From positions 1-36,164 of the forward strand of contig JBCCUY010000001.1 of the NCBI GenBank assembly GCA_039196145.1: 36,164 nt of DNA, given 5' to 3'. Below are positions 29,465 to 36,164 of this stretch, piece by piece (positions within the stretch are counted from its first letter, which is position 1; every line of letters begins with the position of its first letter). The translations under genes were made by a program, and so were the position numbers. The DNA comes from Bacteroidota bacterium. GTDB lineage: Bacteria; Bacteroidota; Bacteroidia; Flavobacteriales; Flavobacteriaceae. Below the pieces are notes generated by a model that was given only the letters and a program-made list of their open reading frames with translations, was not told where the DNA came from and did not search any database.

Positions 29465-30114
29465 TGGAAAGAAGAGTAGCACTTAAAAATATGGGGCTTG
29501 TCTTTGGCTACGCCGTTGCAACCCCAACACTATTGGGAATTGTTCAAAGCTGCAAGGGCAAAAAGGTTCTGGATTGGACCCCGGAGTTCTTTACAAAGGA
29601 CCAGGGCACCGTACTGCACAGCTTATTGGATATTCTATTGCCCAAAACGGATACACCTTCGGCGACCGATGTGAACGTGCATTTGTTCATGGATAAATTT
29701 GCCAATGAGGTCTTACCTGTGGAACAACAAGAGTTCCTTAAGATGTGTATGGGCAAGTTTACCGATAAGGTCTTGGCAGATACCCAAAAAGAAACACTTG
29801 CCGACCTATCCCCTGAAGATTTAGAGCCTGCGTTTGCCACTTATCTAAAGAAACAAACGGACGAAGTGGAGGAAGCCCATGCTGAGGCCCTTGAGGCCTA
29901 CTTTATGGCGATAGAAGAAAATGGCAATGCTGTTTTGGACGATGAAATTGCCAGATATCAATTTGCGGGCAATGTAAGAAACACTGCGATTTGGGCCTAT
30001 AAGAGCAGCGAGTTTGTAGGCGAAGAGGTATTGGCTTATTTGCCAGTACCCGGTGAATATATAGGATGTGAGGATGTGGAAACCCTTACACAGGGCAGAG
30101 CCTGGTCCCTATAG
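29464..30114 (+). CDS. Gluconate 2-dehydrogenase subunit 3 family small subunit with Tat signal
   Basis: MERRVALK twin arginine, possible lipobox VQSC, ILLPKTDTPSA, YLPVPGEY.GC; TAATG overlap with the GMC gene. Confidence 0.88.
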   Translation: MERRVALKNMGLVFGYAVATPTLLGIVQSCKGKKVLDWTPEFFTKDQGTVLHSLLDILLPKTDTPSATDVNVHLFMDKFANEVLPVEQQEFLKMCMGKFTDKVLADTQKETLADLSPEDLEPAFATYLKKQTDEVEEAHAEALEAYFMAIEENGNAVLDDEIARYQFAGNVRNTAIWAYKSSEFVGEEVLAYLPVPGEYIGCEDVETLTQGRAWSL

Positions 30115-30141
30115 AAAAAGGAAGTCCATTTAAGTTTAAGT

Positions 30142-30170
30142 AAAAAAGCCGCTGTACAGCGGCTTTTTTT
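30142..30170. terminator. Bidirectional intrinsic terminator
   Basis: Perfect 28-bp palindrome AAAAAAGCCGCTGTACAGCGGCTTTTTT between convergent genes. Confidence 0.92.
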
Positions 30171-30284
30171 GAGGTTGAATCTTGCAATTCAAAAACAATA
30201 CCCTGACGGTTACTTGAGTGGGGTGAACCCTTCAAGGTATCTAAGCAATAAACACTATCGCATACTGATAAAGTTCAGCACAAA

Positions 30285-32762
30285 CTATGATCCACACATA
30301 AGGCAGTCGTCATCTGCCTCGCCTTCTTTGGCCCGTGCTATAAGTTCTTTCATTTCCTCCGGGGTCATGGGTTGTATATCGACCTCCTGTTGTTCCACGG
30401 CAGTAGCCTGCACTTGAATCCCCTCTGCCCCTTTTGGTGTGGCCGCAACCACTTCCGCTTCCGCCGCAACACTAACGGGAACTTCTTTTTTCTTGGTGTT
30501 GTCCAAAGTAAATTTAATGGCATCCACAGCCGCTTTGGTCCTCAGATAATACATTCCGGTCTTAAGTCCGCTCTTCCAAGCGTAAAAATGCATGGATGTC
30601 AACTTGGAGTAGTTGGCATTCTCCATGAACAGGTTCAACGATTGACTCTGATCAATGAAATACCCACGCTGCCTACTCATATCGATGATGTCCTTCATGC
30701 TTAGTTCCCATACAGTCTTGTAGAGTTCCTTAATATCTTCAGGAATCACATCAATATGTTGGATAGATCCGTTGGCACGCATCAATTCCTGCTTTAGATT
30801 CTCGTTCCATAGACCCAATTTTACCAAATCTTCCAAGAGGTGTTTGTTCACCACAATGAATTCCCCGGACAATACCCTTCGGGTATAAATGTTGGAGGTA
30901 TAGGGCTCAAAACATTCGTTGTTTCCTAAAATTTGGGAGGTAGATGCTGTTGGCATCGGAGCTACCAACAGTGAATTGCGCACTCCATGTTTTTTAACAT
31001 CCTTCCGGAGTTTTTCCCAATTCCATCTGCCGGAAAGTTCCTCATCCTTAATGCCCCAAAGGTTATGTTGGAATTCCCCATTGGCAATGGGGGACCCTTC
31101 ATAGCTGGAGTACACTCCATCTGTTTTGGCCTCTTCCATGGAAGCAGATACCGCAGCAAAATACAAGGTCTCAAAAATCTCTTGATTCAATTGCTTGGCC
31201 TCATCACTGGTAAACGGTAGGCGAAGCATAATGAACGTATCTGCCAACCCCTGTACCCCCAAACCAACTGGTCGGTGCCGCATATTGGAATTCTCGGCTT
31301 CTTTTACCGGGTAGTAGTTGCGGTCAATGACCTTGTTGAGGTTTTTGGTAACCCGCTTGGTCACTTTAAAGAGTTCTTTGTGATCAAACTTGCCGTTCTT
31401 CACAAACATGGGTAAGGCGATGGACGCCAAATTGCATACCGCCACTTCATCAGGAGAAGTGTACTCCAAAATTTCGGTGCATAGATTGGAAGACCGTATC
31501 GTACCCAAATTTTTCTGGTTGCTCTTTCTGTTGGCAGCGTCCTTGTACAGCATGTAAGGAGTTCCTGTTTCTATCTGGGATTCCAAAATCTTTTCCCAAA
31601 GATCGCGTGCCTTGATGGTTTTTCTTCCCTTGCCCTCTGCCTCATATTTGGTGTATAGGGCTTCAAATTCTTCGCTATGGTTGCTGAACAACCCAGGGCA
31701 TTCGTTAGGGCACATAAGGGTCCATTCCCCGTCAGCCTCTACCCGCTTCATGAATAAATCCGGTATCCACATGGCGTAGAACAAATCGCGTGCACGCATT
31801 TCCTCTTTTCCATGGTTCTTTTTTAAATCCAGGAAATCATAGATATCGGCATGCCAAGGTTCCACATAAATGGCAAAACTCCCCTTTCGCTTGCCCCCTC
31901 CCTGATCCACATAACGAGCCGTGTCATTAAATACCCGAAGCATGGGAACGATTCCGTTGGAAGTACCGTTGGTTCCGGCAATATAAGATCCTGTAGCCCG
32001 AACATTGTGAATAGAAAGTCCAATACCTCCCGCCGACTGGGAAATTTTGGCAGTCTGCTTTAGGGTATCATAAATGCCATCAATGCTATCGTCCTTCATG
32101 GCCAGTAAGAAACAGGAGGACATTTGTGGTTTTGGTGTGCCAGAATTGAAAAGGGTAGGTGTGGCATGTGTAAAATACTTTTTGGACATGAGCTCATAGG
32201 TCTCTATGGCCGAATCCAAGTCATCCAAATGAATTCCCACGGCAACGCGCATCAACATATGTTGTGGCCGTTCGGCAATCTTCCCATTTAATTTTAGGAG
32301 ATAGGAACGTTCCAAGGTCTTAAAACCGAAATAATCGTAGCCAAAATCTCGGTTATATATAATGGTAGAATCCAGTTTTTCCGAATTTTCCGAGATGACC
32401 TTAAAAACTTCATCGGACAATAAAGGTGCCTTCTTTCCAGTTCTCGGATTGACATATTCGTATAGATCCTTCATGGTTTCTGAGAAGGATTTTTTGGTGT
32501 TCTTATGTAGGTTGGAGACGGAGATACGCGCAGCCAACTTTGCATAATCTGGGTGTGTGGTAGTCATTGTGGCCGCTATTTCCGCTGCCAAATTATCCAA
32601 CTCAGATGTTGTCACCCCATCGTATAGCCCTTCAATGACCCTCATGGCTACCTTAACGGGATCGACTAGGTTATTCAATCCATAACAAAGCTTTCTTACT
32701 CGAGCCGTGATCTTGTCGAACATCATTGGCTCTTTTCTTCCATCTCTTTTTACTACATACAT
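30285..32762 (-). CDS. nrdA: Ribonucleoside-diphosphate reductase alpha subunit, class Ia, with ATP cone
   Basis: VVKRDG ATP cone, SSCF, SNLCTEI, VCNLAS, MPTASTS, GMYY, C-terminal CLMCGS. Confidence 0.98.
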   Translation of the reverse strand: MYVVKRDGRKEPMMFDKITARVRKLCYGLNNLVDPVKVAMRVIEGLYDGVTTSELDNLAAEIAATMTTTHPDYAKLAARISVSNLHKNTKKSFSETMKDLYEYVNPRTGKKAPLLSDEVFKVISENSEKLDSTIIYNRDFGYDYFGFKTLERSYLLKLNGKIAERPQHMLMRVAVGIHLDDLDSAIETYELMSKKYFTHATPTLFNSGTPKPQMSSCFLLAMKDDSIDGIYDTLKQTAKISQSAGGIGLSIHNVRATGSYIAGTNGTSNGIVPMLRVFNDTARYVDQGGGKRKGSFAIYVEPWHADIYDFLDLKKNHGKEEMRARDLFYAMWIPDLFMKRVEADGEWTLMCPNECPGLFSNHSEEFEALYTKYEAEGKGRKTIKARDLWEKILESQIETGTPYMLYKDAANRKSNQKNLGTIRSSNLCTEILEYTSPDEVAVCNLASIALPMFVKNGKFDHKELFKVTKRVTKNLNKVIDRNYYPVKEAENSNMRHRPVGLGVQGLADTFIMLRLPFTSDEAKQLNQEIFETLYFAAVSASMEEAKTDGVYSSYEGSPIANGEFQHNLWGIKDEELSGRWNWEKLRKDVKKHGVRNSLLVAPMPTASTSQILGNNECFEPYTSNIYTRRVLSGEFIVVNKHLLEDLVKLGLWNENLKQELMRANGSIQHIDVIPEDIKELYKTVWELSMKDIIDMSRQRGYFIDQSQSLNLFMENANYSKLTSMHFYAWKSGLKTGMYYLRTKAAVDAIKFTLDNTKKKEVPVSVAAEAEVVAATPKGAEGIQVQATAVEQQEVDIQPMTPEEMKELIARAKEGEADDDCLMCGS

Positions 32763-32891
32763 GGGCTACAATTTTTTTTAAATGATACGCTTTTTGGTTC
32801 CGCCAATCGCATACACTTGCAGTTTTATCCACAAGGTCAGAGGTCAAGTTTTTCTGGTGTCCGGGGTAAGAGCACCTAGTTTGAAAGGTTG

Positions 32892-33878
32892 TTAGAAATC
32901 CGCGTCGAAGCTGATTTTTTGGGAGTCTGAGTCTTTTTCCTTGTTTAGAACACCTGCTTTTTGGTACTCTGACACCCGTTTCTCAAAGAAATTGGTCTTT
33001 CCTTGGAGTGAGATCATATCCATAAAGTCGAATGGATTCGTTGCATTGTATACCTTCTCACATTGCAGTTCCACCAAAAGTCTGTCCGTCACAAACTCAA
33101 GGTACTGGGTCATAAGTTTGGCGTTCATGCCGATAAGGCTTACTGGCAGGGACTCGGTGATGAACTCGCGCTCTATGTTCAAGGCATCCACGATGATTTC
33201 GGTGATACGCTCCTTTGGCACTTTGTTCACCAAATGTTGATTGTGCAGATGTACGGCATAATCACAGTGCATTCCCTCGTCCCTTGAAATCAATTCATTG
33301 GAAAAGGTCAGTCCAGGCATTAATCCTCTTTTCTTCAACCAGAAAATGGAACAGAAGGCTCCGGAAAAGAAAATTCCCTCAACCGCTGCAAAAGCAATCA
33401 GGCGTTCCGCAAAACTTGGTGACTCAATCCATTTTAGGGCCCAATCCGCTTTTTTCTTTATGGCCGGAAAGTTTTCTATGGCTTTAAAAAGCACTCCTTT
33501 TTCCTTCTCATCTTTTACATAGGTATCGATAAGCAGGGAATAGGTCTCGGAGTGGATGTTTTCCATCATAATCTGGAATCCATAGAAAAACTTGGCCTCG
33601 GAGTACTGCACTTCGTTGACAAAGTTCTCGGCCAAATTCTCGTTTACAATACCATCTGAAGCGGCAAAAAAGGCTAAGATATGCTTGATGAAGTATTGCT
33701 CGTCATCGCTCAACTTATTGTTCCAATCCGTTAAATCCTGATGTAAATCAATTTCCTCAGCAGTCCAAAAACAAGCTTCGCACTTTTTATACCACTCCCA
33801 TAGGTCATGGTGTTGGATGGGAAAAATGACAAATCTATCTTCGTTTTCTTCAAGAATGGGCTCTATTGCTGCTGACAT
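32892..33878 (-). CDS. nrdB: Ribonucleoside-diphosphate reductase beta subunit, class Ia
   Basis: [17 protein letters not shown] (radical Tyr), VEGIFF, RDEGMH and [10 protein letters not shown] motifs. Confidence 0.98.
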   Translation of the reverse strand: MSAAIEPILEENEDRFVIFPIQHHDLWEWYKKCEACFWTAEEIDLHQDLTDWNNKLSDDEQYFIKHILAFFAASDGIVNENLAENFVNEVQYSEAKFFYGFQIMMENIHSETYSLLIDTYVKDEKEKGVLFKAIENFPAIKKKADWALKWIESPSFAERLIAFAAVEGIFFSGAFCSIFWLKKRGLMPGLTFSNELISRDEGMHCDYAVHLHNQHLVNKVPKERITEIIVDALNIEREFITESLPVSLIGMNAKLMTQYLEFVTDRLLVELQCEKVYNATNPFDFMDMISLQGKTNFFEKRVSEYQKAGVLNKEKDSDSQKISFDADF

Positions 33879-34093
33879 AAATGGTGTGTTTAAAATTATG
33901 AACTGGAGGTAATTTTCCCTGCGAATATGGCTAACAAAGATTCAAAATTGAAACCAGAATCTAAAGCTGCATTTATTAAAACCAGCTCAAAGTTTTTAAC
34001 ACAACATGTTGAAATCTAGGTTGGGAAGTGATGTTTCTTAGGGTTGGGGGTTGTGGTTAAAAGTTGGGATATCCATCCTAATAACCCATGAAT

Positions 34094-34137
34094 AAAAAAA
34101 GACCAAGAAGTATAAAAAAGTATACCTTTTGGCCTTT
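34094..34137 (-). terminator. Intrinsic terminator closing the peptide/structured-RNA unit
   Basis: GGCCAAAAGGUAUA-CUUUUU-UAUACUUCUUGGUC stem (two G-U, one mismatch) followed by U7 on the minus strand. Confidence 0.8.
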
Positions 34138-34154
34138 GTTTTAATGGAAATTGC

Positions 34155-34360
34155 GTTCAGGTCGGTGTCTGTTTGATTACATCACCAAAAGTACGGCCAT
34201 TCCCTGTTCCAATTCCGGAAAGTTGAGCCCTCAGGTAGTTCCCCCGAAACCTAAGAATCAACCGATGCCGTTCATTAACTTGGGATAAATTTTGCAAGCA
34301 GTTTCTAAAATCAAGAGGTTGGTTGCTACGGCCGTACGCTTGTTGGTAATGTATATGAAC
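34155..34360 (-). ncRNA. Candidate structured RNA domain (unassigned family)
   Basis: Long-range stems 34343-34353/34178-34188 (11 bp) and 34328-34337/34191-34200 (10 bp); inner hairpins 34222-34262 and 34207-34220; wobbles are G-U on the minus strand. Confidence 0.55.
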
Positions 34361-34374
34361 TTTTGGTTGGAGTG

Positions 34375-34494
34375 TTATTCGGAAACCGCAACTTTCTCCC
34401 AACCCGATTCTATCTTCAACTCCTTACTCCCTGATACTGCCGTAAAAATCAAAGCGACAATCAACAGAAGAAATAATATTGCGCATTTCTTCAT
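34375..34494 (-). CDS. 39-aa small protein MKKCAILFLLLIVALIFTAVSGSKELKIESGWEKVAVSE (not in ORF track)
   Basis: Hand translation; MKK, then a ~16-residue hydrophobic core and a short polar tail; lies just downstream of a promoter-like element. Confidence 0.6.
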   Translation of the reverse strand: MKKCAILFLLLIVALIFTAVSGSKELKIESGWEKVAVSE

Positions 34495-34531
34495 TGGAGT
34501 AGGGTTTGGCGGTCATTAATTTTGACAAGAC

Positions 34532-34539
34532 CAAAGTAA
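34532..34539 (-). promoter_or_regulatory. Near-consensus -7 element (TTACTTTG) for the small ORF/RNA unit
   Basis: One mismatch to TAnnTTTG; about 30 bp downstream of the LytTR repeats. Confidence 0.5.
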
Positions 34540-34568
34540 AAAACAAATCATCCAGGGAAGTCTGGCTA

Positions 34569-34601
34569 TGTATGAACGGTGCTCTTTTGTGTATAAATGG
34601 T
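34569..34601 (-). promoter_or_regulatory. LytTR-type direct repeat binding site
   Basis: ACCATTTATACA (34590-34601) and ACCGTTCATACA (34569-34580), 21-bp period; ACCGTTCAT fits the LytTR consensus [TA][AC][CA]GTTN[AG][TG]. Confidence 0.7.
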
Positions 34602-34753
34602 TTTTTGGTATTTTAATTTCCTACGAGGCCATAGGAAAATAATTACAGGAAAGGGAAATGCGGCCTGATTTTCCGTAGCGTATCATTTTCTACCGATTAT
34701 ACGTACAAAACATCCATTAACACATAATTTCTATACCTTAATCATATTAATCC

Positions 34754-34761
34754 TAAATTTG
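34754..34761 (+). promoter_or_regulatory. -7 element (TAAATTTG) for the LytTR operon
   Basis: Exact TAnnTTTG 19 nt upstream of ATG 34781. Confidence 0.65.
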
Positions 34762-34780
34762 GTTCTTATTTAAACCGAGC

Positions 34781-35515
34781 ATGTTAGAAGCTGTAATTGT
34801 AGATGATGAGGTCAAGGCCCTGCAAAGCTTAAGTTGGGAGTTGACCAATCTTTCCGATGAGGTGGATATAGTAGCATCCTTTACCGATGCGCATGAGGCT
34901 TTGTCCTATTTAGAGCGTAATACCCCAGATTGTCTTTTTCTGGATATTGAAATGCCGGCAATGGACGGTTTTCAGTTCATCAAAAACTTGAAGAACAAGA
35001 ATTTTCCTGTTGTGATCACCACGGCATACAACCAATATGCACTGAAGGCACTGAAGAACGAAGCTATTGATTACCTTTTAAAGCCAATTGATACGGATGA
35101 TCTGGAGGTGACCATCGAGAAAATAAAGAAGTACAATACCAAAAATCTTACTTCCGAAAAACTGGAGAAAATCCTGTTGAACTTCAATGCGGATTCCCAT
35201 AGCAAAAAGATAACCATAAACACGGATGGGAAACTGTTGTTCCTGAACAGTGATGATATTCTCTATGCGGAATCAGATGGGAACTACAGCACCATTTTCT
35301 TGAGTGATGGACAAAAAATCCTTCTTACCAAGAAGTTAAAAGAGGTGAACAATTTATTGCCAGACAACAGTTTTTTCAGAATTCACAATTCATACATTAT
35401 CAATCTCAATAAGATCAAGGAATTTTTAAAGACCGATGGATATGTGGTCTTGGAATCCAACCATAAAATCCCAGTCTCCCGACAAAAGAAATCCGATTTT
35501 CTGGATATGCTGTAA
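34781..35515 (+). CDS. LytR/AlgR family response regulator (REC + LytTR)
   Basis: VDDE, FLDIEMP, TTAY and YLLKP receiver motifs; FFRIHNSYIIN and PVSR LytTR motifs. Confidence 0.96.
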   Translation: MLEAVIVDDEVKALQSLSWELTNLSDEVDIVASFTDAHEALSYLERNTPDCLFLDIEMPAMDGFQFIKNLKNKNFPVVITTAYNQYALKALKNEAIDYLLKPIDTDDLEVTIEKIKKYNTKNLTSEKLEKILLNFNADSHSKKITINTDGKLLFLNSDDILYAESDGNYSTIFLSDGQKILLTKKLKEVNNLLPDNSFFRIHNSYIINLNKIKEFLKTDGYVVLESNHKIPVSRQKKSDFLDML

Positions 35516-35530
35516 CTCCCACCAAAACCT

Positions 35531-36164
35531 GTGTTCCCTATACGACCTATACCAACCATCCAACAGATTAGCTTCCAAAAGAATACTTCGGTACTTCTTT
35601 TGCTGCTTTTGATGGTTTGGTTTCCGCAAGCACAGGAAATACCTGAGGATTTTAAAGAAAAAACGGAACGGCTCATTCAAATGCGCCCAAAGACTTACCT
35701 TGTCTTAAACACGGAACTTAAATCAGAGAAGAGGGATACCACCTTGTTGCGCTACTTTGCCGATCAATGTGAAGAGAACAATTATTTGGAAGGTCAGGCT
35801 TATGCCCTTGACCATATCGGAACCAAATACCGGAACATTTCCAACTTTAAAAAGGCCGCAGACCTTCATCAAGAGGCTTTGCAAATTGCGGAACAGGCCA
35901 ACAATATTGAACTAAAGGTGTTGAGCTTGAACATGCTCGGTGTGGTCTATAGGCGAAGTGATGCAATCAAAACCGCATTGGATTACAACCAACAGGCCCT
36001 TGAACTTGCCGAGGAAGTACAAAATCCATCCCACCACATCCTCCGGAGCATTAATGTTTCCCTGAACTGTATTGGGGGGCTTTACCAAACCCTAGAGCAA
36101 TACGATTTGGCCATTTTACAGTTTAAAAGAGCCCTAAAGCTAGAGGAAGAATTGGGAAATAAAC
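35531..36164 (+). CDS. TPR-repeat protein, probable sensor histidine kinase N-terminus (partial, runs off window)
   Basis: Open frame from GTG 35531; hydrophobic LLLLLLMVWF; TPRs AYALDHIGTKY, SLNMLGVVYR...ALDYNQQAL, SLNCIGGLYQ...AILQFKRAL; kinase domain not visible, start uncertain. Confidence 0.75.
   Translation, partial: MFPIRPIPTIQQISFQKNTSVLLLLLLMVWFPQAQEIPEDFKEKTERLIQMRPKTYLVLNTELKSEKRDTTLLRYFADQCEENNYLEGQAYALDHIGTKYRNISNFKKAADLHQEALQIAEQANNIELKVLSLNMLGVVYRRSDAIKTALDYNQQALELAEEVQNPSHHILRSINVSLNCIGGLYQTLEQYDLAILQFKRALKLEEELGNK

Noticed and set aside
32892-33878. Class Ic or Id ribonucleotide reductase beta subunit
   Set aside because: Retains Asp as first metal ligand (ASDG) and the radical Tyr (HSETY), consistent with class Ia
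34155-34360. Cobalamin riboswitch upstream of nrdBA
   Set aside because: Context is suggestive and GGGAA occurs, but the CCCGCAACTGT, GCCACTG and AGYCAGRAGACC elements are absent
34157-34402. 81-aa minus-strand ORF (and the 75-aa plus ORF 34292..34519) from the track
   Set aside because: TTG starts and no protein-like features; the region is better explained by the 39-aa ORF plus RNA stems
34424-34516. Alternative 30-aa frame MTAKPYSNEEMRNIISSVDCRFDFYGSIRE
   Set aside because: No recognisable features compared with the signal-peptide-like 39-aa frame; not fully excluded as a leader ORF
1-36164. CRISPR arrays, tRNA/rRNA genes, transposases, integrases, prophage; the many short antisense ORFs in the track
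   Set aside because: None detected by eye; short ORFs are shadows of well-supported genes

Overview
Chromosomal window from a Bacteroidota bacterium, most likely Flavobacteriaceae (TAnnTTTG -7 promoters, no Shine-Dalgarno sites, characteristic gene set). Left part: aspS, an Ig-domain lipoprotein, a ClC-CBS transporter with degenerate gating residues, a cold-shock protein, two accessory exported proteins, a tadA-like deaminase, dxs, DUF3078, dgt, a long PiT/PHO4 transporter and nadD-gmk-yicC. Middle part (17.6-30.1 kb): a 3-ketoglycoside-type sugar catabolism cluster (two GMC flavoproteins, a Tat small subunit, two DUF1080, two AP_endonuc_2 TIM barrels, Gfo/Idh/MocA, two MFS permeases, ASCH, DinB). 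Right part: class Ia nrdB-nrdA, a LytTR regulator and a TPR protein cut by the window edge. The most interesting signal is in the apparently empty 34.09-34.60 kb gap. A LytTR-type direct repeat with 21-bp period and a near-consensus promoter precede a minus-strand unit divergent from the LytTR/TPR genes. That unit holds an unannotated 39-aa signal-peptide-like ORF, a ~200-nt region that folds by hand into long stems, and an intrinsic terminator. The layout recalls S. aureus agr/RNAIII and is a candidate undescribed dual-function RNA system. All family assignments are from motif recognition, without database searches.
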